The notes beneath the pieces were generated by a model. That model was not told the DNA's origin, ran no database searches, and worked only from the letters and a program-made list of their open reading frames with translations. The translations under genes and the position numbers were made by a program. Positions 1-8,663 of a DNA stretch of 64,000 nt are shown one piece after another (the stretch's first letter is position 1; each line of letters opens with the position of its first letter). The DNA is from Bryobacteraceae bacterium (lineage in GTDB: Bacteria > Acidobacteriota > Terriglobia > Bryobacterales > Bryobacteraceae): the NCBI GenBank assembly GCA_049520215.1, contig JBEKPZ010000013.1:3334-67333 (forward strand), written 5' to 3'.

Positions 1-335
1 CCACTTCGCCCGGCGTGCGACCGTGGCGCCGGCCGATCGCGCGCAGCAATTCTGCCAACTCCAGATTGCGGGTGAGCCGCGGCTCCTGGAAATGCGGCAT
101 GCGCCGGCGGTGATCGTCCGACGGCATGGCGGCGAGGCGTTCCCGCGTCATGGCACCCGACAGCAGGCCCGATTTCATGGGCGGAATACACGATCACGCC
201 GATGCCATGCCGCTGGGTATACGGCAGAACGGCCTCGTCGATTTCAGGCGAAACGATCGAATAGGGCGGCTGCAACGAGGTGATGGGCGCGGTGGCTCGC
301 GCGCGGCGCAGTTGGTCCACATTGAAATTGGATAC
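1..335 (-). pseudogene. Partial, frameshifted duplicate of the aldo/keto reductase gene at 1006..1965
   Basis: nt 1-335 align by eye to nt 1164-1497 with about 12 substitutions. One extra G near nt 184 (gcgGaataca vs gcgaataca) breaks the VIVYSPMKSGLL frame. Homology stops abruptly after ggatac at nt 335. The copy runs off the left edge. Confidence 0.7.
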
Positions 336-531
336 TCGACAATCCCGCAGCAGGCTTTGCGCCGCTGTGGCGGGGGGCGTAGCGCGCCGCCAGAATGGGA
401 TGCACCTCGGTGGCGAAGTCCACCGCTCGATCCAGAGCAGGCCGTGCGCACAAAGCTGCCGCGCAGATGGTGCGGGGAAGATGCAATGTAATGAGTGCCG
501 GTCCACAATTATACAGCGACGCGGGGCGGCG

Positions 532-840
532 TTACCGGGCGGCCGTTTCCCGCCGCTCGAGCCACCGGCGAAGAGACTCCTGCGTCTCACCAGATCGGCG
601 GCCCGCCAGGAGGCTCTCCACGCTGATATCTTCATCCAGTTCCGGCCAGTGGATCCCCTCGCCGCCTGCGATGAGACGCCAGTTGGCGCGCTCCCCTGCG
701 GTCCCGTGTGCCAGGCGCGGGAACCATGCGAGCGGCGCCGTGATCGTCCTGCCATCCGCGAGGTCCACAACCAGCGCATCATCGCTGACACTTACACTCT
801 GTGCGAATGCTTCCCTGAGTTCAGGCCCCAAAGTACTCAT
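532..840 (-). CDS. DUF2442 domain protein
   Basis: 102-aa ORF. VSVSDDALVVDLADGRTITAPLAWFPRL...GEGIHWPELDEDISVESLL fits the DUF2442 pattern from memory. It overlaps the upstream DUF4160-like ORF by 20 nt. Confidence 0.7.
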   Translation of the reverse strand: MSTLGPELREAFAQSVSVSDDALVVDLADGRTITAPLAWFPRLAHGTAGERANWRLIAGGEGIHWPELDEDISVESLLAGRRSGETQESLRRWLERRETAAR

Positions 841-1003
841 GCCATGCCCTCAACAAAAAGTCCGCGTTTTCCGCGACCAGTCTTTCGATGCGTCCGATTT
901 CCACCCCTTGGTGGGGCAGACCATCGCACTTTGTGGTCTGCCGCCTGCGGGGAGCGTTGGCAGGCGACATAAAATGATCGCCTGCCCCACTGCCGTTAAG
1001 CAC
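821..1003 (-). CDS. DUF4160-like protein, N-terminal half apparently degenerate
   Basis: The C-terminal IERLVAENADFLLRAWHEYF resembles the DUF4160 C-terminus. DUF4160 and DUF2442 genes normally form an overlapping pair. The usual N-terminal motif is not recognisable. The ORF begins 3 nt from the AKR stop. Confidence 0.35.
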   Translation of the reverse strand: MLNGSGAGDHFMSPANAPRRRQTTKCDGLPHQGVEIGRIERLVAENADFLLRAWHEYFGA

Positions 1004-1005
1004 CC

Positions 1006-1965
1006 CTAAACCGCCCCTGCCTGCAAGAAGCCCTCGATCTCGCCCACCTCTTCCGGACTGAGCCGAAACTCCGCTGCGCCGATGACGCCCTCCACCTGTT
1101 TGGCCGAGCGCATGCCGACGATGGCCGCCGTCACCGCCGGATTGCGCAGCGTCCAGGCGATGGCCACTTCGCCCGGTGTGCGGCCGTGGCGCCGGCCGAT
1201 CGCGCGCAGCAATTCGGCCAACTCCAGATTGCGGGTGAGCCGCGGTTCCTGGAAATGCGGCATGCGCCGGCGGTGGTCGTCCGACGGCATGGCGGCGACG
1301 CGTTCGCGCGTCATGGCGCCCGACAGCAGGCCCGATTTCATGGGCGAATACACGATCACGCCGATGCCATGCCGCTGGGTATACGGCAGAACGGCCTCCT
1401 CGATTTCAGGCGAAACGATCGAATAGGGCGGCTGCAACGAGGTGATGGGTGCGATGGCTCGCGCGCGGCGCAGTTGGTCCACATTGAAATTGGATACGCC
1501 GATCCAGCGCACTATGCCCTCGCGCTGCAATTGCGCCATGGCCGTCCAGCCTTCCTCGATATCTTCTTCCGGCTCGGGCCAGTGAATCTGATACAGGTCG
1601 ATCGAGTCCAACTGAAGACGGCGAAGGCTGGCTTCCACTTCGCGGCGGATGGAGTCCGCCTTGAGGCTCTTGCCAATCTCGCGGCGCTCGTTCCACACGC
1701 GTTCGCACTTGGTGAAGACCAGCGGTTTGCGGGAGCGGCCCTTAAGCGCGCGGGCCACCACTTCTTCGGAATGGCCCAGGCCGTAGACCGCGGCCGTGTC
1801 GATCCAGTTCAGCCCCGCGTCCAGCGCGGCGTGGATGGCCGCCACGGATTCGTCGTCGTCCTGCGGTCCCCAGGCGAACGCCCAACCGCCGCCGCCCATG
1901 GCCCAAGCGCCGATGCCGATGGGCGTGAGGTGCATGTCGCTGTTGCCTAATTGCTTGGTTTGCAT
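1006..1965 (-). CDS. Aldo/keto reductase
   Basis: 319-aa ORF with GIGAWAMGG, IDTAAVYGLGHSEE, LYQIHWPE and VIVYSPMKSGLLSG motifs typical of AKR/Tas-like oxidoreductases. Confidence 0.9.
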   Translation of the reverse strand: MQTKQLGNSDMHLTPIGIGAWAMGGGGWAFAWGPQDDDESVAAIHAALDAGLNWIDTAAVYGLGHSEEVVARALKGRSRKPLVFTKCERVWNERREIGKSLKADSIRREVEASLRRLQLDSIDLYQIHWPEPEEDIEEGWTAMAQLQREGIVRWIGVSNFNVDQLRRARAIAPITSLQPPYSIVSPEIEEAVLPYTQRHGIGVIVYSPMKSGLLSGAMTRERVAAMPSDDHRRRMPHFQEPRLTRNLELAELLRAIGRRHGRTPGEVAIAWTLRNPAVTAAIVGMRSAKQVEGVIGAAEFRLSPEEVGEIEGFLQAGAV

Positions 1966-2010
1966 ATCCGCTATTTATGATAGCCGAGGAAGGCGGGTCT
2001 GGAGACCAAC

Positions 2011-2110
2011 TGTGGGGCAGGTTGGCAACAGTTGGCAACCTGCAGGCCGATTGTTAATCGGCCCCGAGCGGGTCTGGAGACCCGCTGCAGGCGTGGACGC
2101 CCGCCCCACA
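2011..2110. repeat. Mosaic multi-hairpin intergenic element (GTTGGCAAC variant)
   Basis: Termini TGTGGGGCAGG ... CCGCCCCACA. Contains GTTGGCAAC-a-GTTGGCAAC and the hairpins GGCCGATTgttaATCGGCC, GCGGGTCtggaGACCCGC and GGCGTggACGCC. Related copies lie at 9775..9870 and 11386..11438. Confidence 0.8.
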
Positions 2111-2113
2111 GCA

Positions 2114-5100
2114 CTACTGGATCGTGATGGAAACTGCGGACTGTGTGGATAGGCCACCGATGGTCGCCAGTACCGGGGCATCGCCGCTGGGCAGACTACT
2201 CGGCACCGTCACGTTGAACTGATAGAGTCCCGACCCGGTCAGCCCGGCGAACTGGACCGCCGCCGCGACACCGCCGATGCTGATCTGAACGGAATTCGCT
2301 GGCAGCGAGGCTTCGGCGGTAACCAATTGATCGGTCGGGGTTGCCGGACTGGTGGGGCCGAATCCGGTCCCGTACAGCAGGACGACCTCTCCCGGCTGGG
2401 CTGGCGTGGTGGTCACTCCGGCGATCAGACCGGAAGCGCCCAGCAAGCTGTAGTCGGAATGTTCCGCCGCCACATACTTGCCATTATCAAAGGTGAAGAA
2501 CGCCGGCGCATACGGCTGCTTCTGCGCCGTGAAGCTATTGCTCGTCTGACCGGCCGCGGTTACTTGGATCTGGACGTTGCCGGTGGTTGCATCGTCTGGA
2601 GCCAGGACGTTGATTTGCGTGGCGCTGATGTACTCCACGTAGGCGGGTTTGCCGTCGATCGAGACCGACACCTGATCGAGCGAGGCCGGCAGCGCCCCAT
2701 TGACGAAGTCGCTGGCGCCCCAGATTTGGGTACTCGCGGACAGGTTCGTGCCAAAGATGGAGACCCAGGTGGCCGATGCGAAACCGGCGCCGAAGCTTGC
2801 TCCGTTCACCACGCCGGTGATGACGCCGGCAGGCTGCGCGACCCCGACGACGAGCGTCAGGGAGACAGACACCGGACTGCCGGACGCCCCGGCCGCGGCG
2901 ATCTGCACGTTGCCGTTATAGCTTCCGACCGCCAGGCTGGCCGGGTTTACGGAGACCGATAGCTTAGCGGTCGCGCTTGCGGTCGCGGTGCCGGACGCGG
3001 CGGACAGGGTGGCCCACGACACGCTGGAGGAGGCAATCCAGGAAAGCGTGCCCGAGCCAGTGTTGGCGATGGATATCGTTTGTGCGGTCGGCGTTGTGCC
3101 GCCCGGCGCGTAGTTGAAAGTGAGCGTCTGCGGCGTTACCGCCAACGTCGCCCCGGACACCGCCGCCACGGTTAGAGTGACGTTAGCAATCAGGGGGCTG
3201 TTGGACGTACCCGAGGGTGTGATCAGAACGGTGGCGGTGTAAGTCCCAGCGGTCAGGGACGCGGGCGAGACAGACACGGAAAGAGTCGAAGGCAGGGTGC
3301 CCGACGCCGGCGACAGACTCAGCCAGGACTCGCTTACGGTTGCGCTCCAGGTGACCGTTGCACTTCCGTTGTTGGCGAGCTGAATGGACTGCGCCGCGGG
3401 AACGTCGCCACCCAGCGTGTAGGCGAATTGCAGGCTCGCTGGGGAGGCGGCGAGGGGCGACGCCATGATGGTGATGGCATCGGTCCCCGGCGTCGCGTTC
3501 ACTTGCATAGTGATTAGACCGGTGAGCGTCGCGGGCAGCGCCGCGGAAATCGCCGCATTCGTCCATGACGATACTTGCAGGGCCGTTTGCGTGCTGGAAC
3601 CCACCGGAATCGCCAATACCTGGCAACTGGTGCATTGGGAGCCAAAGTCGTTGCCGGTGAGGGTGATGGTGGAACCCGAAGTGACTGTCCATCCGGGGCC
3701 GCCATGGGGGGTCACGTCATAAATGGCGGTATCGAGCTTACAGCGCGGCGATGAGAAGTAGCCCAGAGCTTCGGCGAGCGTGCCACAGTTGATGGTACTC
3801 AGCGATGTACTGGTCGCCTGGTAATCGCCCGTTCCGCTGACGAAGTCGGTGTAGTACACGATATCGGTATCGCCGCCCGGAGTCAACGCCACGGATCCCC
3901 ATACGACGGAGGTCAAATCCGTAACATAGCTGCCGCTCTGGTTCTCCATGGCGAAGAATATGCCGCCGTCGATGGATAACCAGGGATCGTTGGCGGCCGT
4001 TACGCCGATGGACTGCCAGTTCGAATTGCCCGCCAGAAAGGAACGCACGATCTCGCCGGTTTCCTGGGTCTCGGTGGTAACGTTGGCAATTCCCGCGGCA
4101 TTGCAGTCGAATGTGAAGACCGTGTTGGTGAAAACGGATGGGTCCACGTGGCAGTAGGGGACAACCTGGGTCGGGTAGGTGTTCGGCGGTAAGGCAAAGC
4201 CCAGCGCGGCGCTGGTCTCCGAGACGAGCCCATCGCTTGCGTTGTTCAGTTGGGTGGTTGCCGACAAGCTTGCCAGGTAAGGGCCGGCGTCGCCCACAAT
4301 GGCCAGCGCGTTCACTCCGCGGAGATCGTCGCCGCGCTGGTTCCAGGTGGCCAGGTTCCATAAGAAGGAACTGCCCGGGATCAACTCGGCGTCCTGTGTT
4401 CCGGACAAGGCTGAAAGGGTGATGGCATAATTGCCGGCCACGAACGACCCGAAATTCGGCGTGGCAATCAAGATCAGGTCGCGCACCAATGGGGTAACGG
4501 GTGGCGTGGCTGTCCCGGTGTCTTGCAGTCCTGCCAGGTAGGCCCTGGCGATCAGGCCGCCCATGCTGAACGCTACCAGATCGATCTGGGGCACCTGGTC
4601 GCCATTGTCGTATGTGATGGAATTCAGGTAGGTTCCCAGGTCGTTGCCTAACACTTCAATGGTTTGGTTTGGATCCACAAGGCAGTTATCGAAGAGATAC
4701 ACGACGGGAACGCCGTCGGACACCAGATACTGGGCAAGATTCCCAAAGGTATCCGCCGAACTAGTAGATACATTGCAAGCGCCGGTGAAGCCGGTCTCCC
4801 ATCCATTCAGCAGCACCACGGGTGGCCGCGTGGCGCTTGAGGGCACCGTTGTCCTGGGCTTCACGACGACCGCCAAGGTGGTGACGCGCTCCTCACCCGC
4901 AACGCTGGTGGCGGAGAGCTTCGCTGTGTATTCGCCGGGGCTGATGCGGAGCGACGCCGCCAGTAGTACCCGGTCGCGGGCGCGATTCGGCCCCACTACC
5001 AGGGCACTCGATGGCGCGCCGTCGATTTCCGCACGCAGACTCTTGGCTTTCAGCAGGAAGTCGAGCGTTTCGGGCTGCACGGCGATTTGTACGGATTCGC

Positions 5101-5233
5101 CCACACGCACCTCGTAGCGGGCTTGCTGTACGGTTAGGGGTTGAACGGTCGCGGCCGGGCACAGGGCTCGGCATAGCAGCAGCGCGGCGGCCCCAACTGC
5201 GGCACGGAGGCAAGTTTTTGGAGTGGCGTCCAA
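2114..5233 (-). CDS. Secreted multidomain protein: lipase-like alpha/beta hydrolase, IPT/TIG, two BACON-like repeats, Solibacter-type C-terminal domain
   Basis: 1039-aa ORF with a signal peptide (AALLLCRALCPAA). GXSXG-type FSMGGLIARAYL follows LLNGWETGF. ITLTGNDFGS looks like an IPT domain. Two repeats have the form SWxSLSPASGT...SVSVxPASL. The C-terminal FAGLTGSGLYQFNVTVPSSLPSG...SITIQ is typical of the TIGR03437-type domain as I recall it. Confidence 0.8.
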   Translation of the reverse strand: MDATPKTCLRAAVGAAALLLCRALCPAATVQPLTVQQARYEVRVGESVQIAVQPETLDFLLKAKSLRAEIDGAPSSALVVGPNRARDRVLLAASLRISPGEYTAKLSATSVAGEERVTTLAVVVKPRTTVPSSATRPPVVLLNGWETGFTGACNVSTSSADTFGNLAQYLVSDGVPVVYLFDNCLVDPNQTIEVLGNDLGTYLNSITYDNGDQVPQIDLVAFSMGGLIARAYLAGLQDTGTATPPVTPLVRDLILIATPNFGSFVAGNYAITLSALSGTQDAELIPGSSFLWNLATWNQRGDDLRGVNALAIVGDAGPYLASLSATTQLNNASDGLVSETSAALGFALPPNTYPTQVVPYCHVDPSVFTNTVFTFDCNAAGIANVTTETQETGEIVRSFLAGNSNWQSIGVTAANDPWLSIDGGIFFAMENQSGSYVTDLTSVVWGSVALTPGGDTDIVYYTDFVSGTGDYQATSTSLSTINCGTLAEALGYFSSPRCKLDTAIYDVTPHGGPGWTVTSGSTITLTGNDFGSQCTSCQVLAIPVGSSTQTALQVSSWTNAAISAALPATLTGLITMQVNATPGTDAITIMASPLAASPASLQFAYTLGGDVPAAQSIQLANNGSATVTWSATVSESWLSLSPASGTLPSTLSVSVSPASLTAGTYTATVLITPSGTSNSPLIANVTLTVAAVSGATLAVTPQTLTFNYAPGGTTPTAQTISIANTGSGTLSWIASSSVSWATLSAASGTATASATAKLSVSVNPASLAVGSYNGNVQIAAAGASGSPVSVSLTLVVGVAQPAGVITGVVNGASFGAGFASATWVSIFGTNLSASTQIWGASDFVNGALPASLDQVSVSIDGKPAYVEYISATQINVLAPDDATTGNVQIQVTAAGQTSNSFTAQKQPYAPAFFTFDNGKYVAAEHSDYSLLGASGLIAGVTTTPAQPGEVVLLYGTGFGPTSPATPTDQLVTAEASLPANSVQISIGGVAAAVQFAGLTGSGLYQFNVTVPSSLPSGDAPVLATIGGLSTQSAVSITIQ

Positions 5234-5275
5234 GAGGTTAAGACGAACGGAGGGACCAAAACGCGCAGGCGAAGA

Positions 5276-5316
5276 GCGGGGCTGAGAGCCCCGCGCAGGC
5301 CACGGGCCTGCCCCAC
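5276..5316. repeat. Hairpin module pair in a divergent intergenic region
   Basis: GCGGGGCTgagAGCCCCGC followed by GCAGGCCacGGGCCTGC, then CCCAC. Same module style as the other mosaic elements. Confidence 0.6.
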
Positions 5317-5349
5317 TTGAATGTATATACTCTTGCGATACTAGAGCTT

Positions 5350-8300
5350 ATGCTTCGAATCGTATGTGGGTTCCTCCTATGGGCATCGGTTGCCGGCGCC
5401 CAGACCGGGCATCTGCTGTTGCGGAAACCGGCGCTCAGCCGCACTCAGATTGCGTTTTCGTACGCGGGCGATCTTTGGACGGTCCCGCGCGAAGGCGGCG
5501 AGGCCAAACGGCTGACCACGGCGCCGGGGGTGGAGACCGATGCCGTGTTTTCGCCGGATGGATCGACGCTTGCCTTCACCGGCGAGTACGACGGCAACGT
5601 GGATGTCTTCGTCATGCCTGCGACGGGAGGCGTGCCGCGGCGGCTGACCTATCATCCGGGGCGGGACGAAGCCGTGGGCTGGACGCCGGACGGCAAGCGT
5701 GTCCTTTTCGTCTCGGCGCGAGCGATTCCCAACGATGGCGCCAGGCTATACACCTTGCCCGTGGAAGGCGGCGGGCTGCCCGAAGAATTGCCGCTGCCGA
5801 TTGCGCTAGAGGGATCGTATTCCGCCGACGGCTCGCACCTGGCTTACGTGCCGCTGTTTCAATGGCAGGAAGCGTGGAAGCGCTATCGCGGCGGGCAGAC
5901 GAAGAAGATCTGGATCGCCAACCTGGCGGATTCGAGCATCGTCAAGATTCCGCGGGACAATTCCAACGACTTCAACCCTATGTGGATCGGCGACCGGATC
6001 TACTTTCTCTCCGACCGGGAAGGGCCGGTGACGCTGTTCTATTACGACACCAGGACGAGCAAGGTCACGCGCGCGATTGCCAATCCCGGGCTGGACTTCA
6101 AGTCGGCTTCCGCGGGGCCGGGCGCGATCGTGTACGAGCAGTTCGGCGAGTTGCACCTGTATGACCTGAAGACCGGGCAGACCAAGGCGGTGGCGGTGAC
6201 ACTGGCGGGCGATCTGCCCGAACTGCGGCCGCATTATGTGAACGTCGCCAAGCGGCTGCGGAATGCCGATATCTCGCCGTCCGGCGCGCGGGCGGTGTTC
6301 GAGGCGCGCGGCGAGATCCTGACGGTGCCGGCGGAGAAGGGCGATCCGCGCAACCTGACCAACAGCACGGCGGCGATGGAGCGCGAGCCGGTGTGGTCGC
6401 CCGATGGGCAGAGCATCGCTTACTTCTCGGACGAATCGGGCGAGTATGCTTTGCACTTCCGCAACCAGGACGGCACCGGCGACGTGACCAAGATACCGCT
6501 CGGCAAGGCCTTCTACTCCGCGCCGCGCTGGTCGCCGGATAGCAAGAAGATCGCCTACCTGGACAATCACAATCATCTCTTCTACGTGGACATCGCGGCA
6601 AAGAAGCCGGTGCTGGTGGAGACGGACTACTACGCCAACGGCACCGGCCTGGCGCCCGCGTGGTCGCCGGACAGCCAATGGCTGGCGTACTCGAAGACCT
6701 TGAAGAGCTACATGCAGGCGATCTACCTCTACACCTTGGCTGGCGCCAAAAACACGCAGGTGACCGACGGGATGAGCGATGCCGAGAATCCGGTGTTCGA
6801 CAAGAACGGCAAATACCTGTACTTTACGGCCAGCACTAATTCGGGCGCCGCCATGCAGCAGGATGTCGAGAGCTTTGCGCGGCCGGTGACGGCGAGCGTA
6901 TACGTGGTTGTGCTGGCCGCCAGCGAAGCGTCTCCGCTGGCGCCGGAAAGCGACGACGAAAAGAAGAAGGACGACGCCAAGAAGGACGACGCCAAGAAGG
7001 ACGACAAGGACAAAGACAAGAGCGCCGAGAAGGTGGAGGTCAAGGTCGACCTGGAGAGAATCGGCCAGCGCGTACTGGCCCTTCCCATGCCGGCCCTCCG
7101 GTACGTGGGGCTTGAGGCGGGCAAAGCGGGAGTCGTCTACGCCATCGAAAGGCCGGCGTTTTCGCCGCAGGCGCCGCCGGTCTTCACGGTACATCGCTTC
7201 GATCTGAGCAAGCGCAAGACGGACGTGGTCATCGGCGGCGTCAAGCAATTCCAGGTGTCGTTCACGGGTGAAAAGATGCTGTACCAGCAGGACGACAAGT
7301 GGACCATCGCCGACCCGCCTCCCATGCCCGATAGCCCCGATGGGCCGCCACCGAAACCGGGGAACGAAAAGGCGCTCAAGACTCAGGATCTGGAAGTGAA
7401 GGTCGACCCGCCGGCGGAGTGGAGGCAGATCTTTCATGAAGTCTGGCGCATCGAGCGCGAATTCTTTTACGATCCGCACTATCATGGGCTCGATCTGCAG
7501 GCTGCCGAAGAGCGCTACGGTGTGTACCTGAACGGCCTCGCGTCGCGCGACGATTTGAACTATCTGTTTACGGAGATGTTGGGCAACATGACCGTGGGAC
7601 ATATGTTTCTGGGCGGCGGCGACCGGCCGGAGGTGAAGAAAGTCCGCACGGGGTTGCTCGGGGCGGACTACAAGATCGAGAACGGACGCTACCGCTTCGC
7701 GCGTGTTTACGACGGCGAAAACTGGAATCCCGACCTGAAAGCGCCGCTGACCCAGCCTGGCGTGAACGTTGCCGCGGGCGAGTATTTGCTGGCGGTGAAC
7801 GGCCGGGAAGTGCGCGCCAACGACAGCGTTTACAGTTTCTTTGAGGCGACCTCGGGGAAGACCACGCTGCTGAAGGTGGGGCCGGACCCGTCGGGGGCGA
7901 ATGCGCGCGAAGTGAAAGTGGTGCCGGTAGACGATGAATCCGGCCTGCGGCACCTGGCGTGGATTGAGGGCAACCGCCGCAAGGTCGATCAAGTGACCGG
8001 AGGGCGCGTGGCGTACGTCCATATGCCCGATACCTCGTTCGGCGGCTACACCAGCTTCATGCGCTACTTCTTCGCGCAGGTGGATAAGGACGCGGTTATC
8101 ATCGACGAACGCTTCAATCACGGCGGTAAGTTGGCCACCGACATCATCGAGTATCTGCAGCGCAAGGTGATGAGCGTGGCCACCACACGCGACGGCGCGG
8201 ACACGCTCCAGCCGCAGGGGGCGATCTTCGGCCCGAAGGTGATGATCATCAATGAATTCGCGGGCTCGGGCGGCGACGCCATGCCCTGGTACTTCCACCG

Positions 8301-8610
8301 CGCAGGGGTGGGCAAACTGGTCGGCGAGCGCACTTGGGGCGGACTGGTGGGGCTGAGCGGATTTCCCGATTTGATGGACGGCGGAGTGGTGATGGCCCCC
8401 AACTGGGCGATCTGGAATCCCAATGGAACTATGGACGTGGAGAACCACGGCGTCGCGCCGGATTTCGAAGTGGAATTGGATCCGGCGGCGGTGCGGCAGG
8501 GGCACGACCCGCAGTTGGACAAGGCCATCGAGGTGGTGATGGAGGAACTGCGGAAGAATCCGCCGCCGGTGCTGAAGCGACCGCCGTATCCCGATTATCA
8601 GAAGAAGTAA
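5350..8610 (+). CDS. Tricorn protease homolog (TolB-like beta-propellers plus S41 peptidase domain)
   Basis: The long ORF opens at 5317 (TTG). ATG 5350 gives the signal peptide MLRIVCGFLLWASVAGA. Repeated SPDG/WSPD propeller motifs (FSPDGSTLAF, WSPDGQSIAY, WSPDSKKIAY, WSPDSQWLAY). The C-terminal part has FNHGG and AGSGGDAMPW, typical of S41/tricorn core. Confidence 0.85.
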   Translation: MLRIVCGFLLWASVAGAQTGHLLLRKPALSRTQIAFSYAGDLWTVPREGGEAKRLTTAPGVETDAVFSPDGSTLAFTGEYDGNVDVFVMPATGGVPRRLTYHPGRDEAVGWTPDGKRVLFVSARAIPNDGARLYTLPVEGGGLPEELPLPIALEGSYSADGSHLAYVPLFQWQEAWKRYRGGQTKKIWIANLADSSIVKIPRDNSNDFNPMWIGDRIYFLSDREGPVTLFYYDTRTSKVTRAIANPGLDFKSASAGPGAIVYEQFGELHLYDLKTGQTKAVAVTLAGDLPELRPHYVNVAKRLRNADISPSGARAVFEARGEILTVPAEKGDPRNLTNSTAAMEREPVWSPDGQSIAYFSDESGEYALHFRNQDGTGDVTKIPLGKAFYSAPRWSPDSKKIAYLDNHNHLFYVDIAAKKPVLVETDYYANGTGLAPAWSPDSQWLAYSKTLKSYMQAIYLYTLAGAKNTQVTDGMSDAENPVFDKNGKYLYFTASTNSGAAMQQDVESFARPVTASVYVVVLAASEASPLAPESDDEKKKDDAKKDDAKKDDKDKDKSAEKVEVKVDLERIGQRVLALPMPALRYVGLEAGKAGVVYAIERPAFSPQAPPVFTVHRFDLSKRKTDVVIGGVKQFQVSFTGEKMLYQQDDKWTIADPPPMPDSPDGPPPKPGNEKALKTQDLEVKVDPPAEWRQIFHEVWRIEREFFYDPHYHGLDLQAAEERYGVYLNGLASRDDLNYLFTEMLGNMTVGHMFLGGGDRPEVKKVRTGLLGADYKIENGRYRFARVYDGENWNPDLKAPLTQPGVNVAAGEYLLAVNGREVRANDSVYSFFEATSGKTTLLKVGPDPSGANAREVKVVPVDDESGLRHLAWIEGNRRKVDQVTGGRVAYVHMPDTSFGGYTSFMRYFFAQVDKDAVIIDERFNHGGKLATDIIEYLQRKVMSVATTRDGADTLQPQGAIFGPKVMIINEFAGSGGDAMPWYFHRAGVGKLVGERTWGGLVGLSGFPDLMDGGVVMAPNWAIWNPNGTMDVENHGVAPDFEVELDPAAVRQGHDPQLDKAIEVVMEELRKNPPPVLKRPPYPDYQKK
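6964..7005 (+). repeat. In-frame 15-bp tandem repeat (about 2.8 copies of aagaaggacgacgcc) encoding KKDDA
   Basis: Direct reading: aagaaggacgacgcc aagaaggacgacgcc aagaaggacgac. It sits inside the acidic/basic low-complexity insert ESDDEKKKDDAKKDDAKKDDKDKDKSAEK of the protease. Confidence 0.85.
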
Positions 8611-8617
8611 GCTGGGG

Positions 8618-8652
8618 GGTGGGCTTTAGCCCGCGCGGGGCTTCAGCCCCGC
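8618..8652. repeat. Hairpin module pair directly after the protease stop codon
   Basis: GGGCTttAGCCC then GCGGGGCTtcAGCCCCGC. A near-identical pair lies at 30463..30496. Confidence 0.7.
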
Positions 8653-8663
8653 CAACTTAAACC

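Noticed and set aside
5806-8505. 899-aa minus-strand ORF antisense to the tricorn-like protease
   Set aside because: It is Arg/His/Gly/Val-rich with no motifs. It lies entirely opposite a gene with clear family signatures, which is the typical shadow ORF of a high-GC genome.
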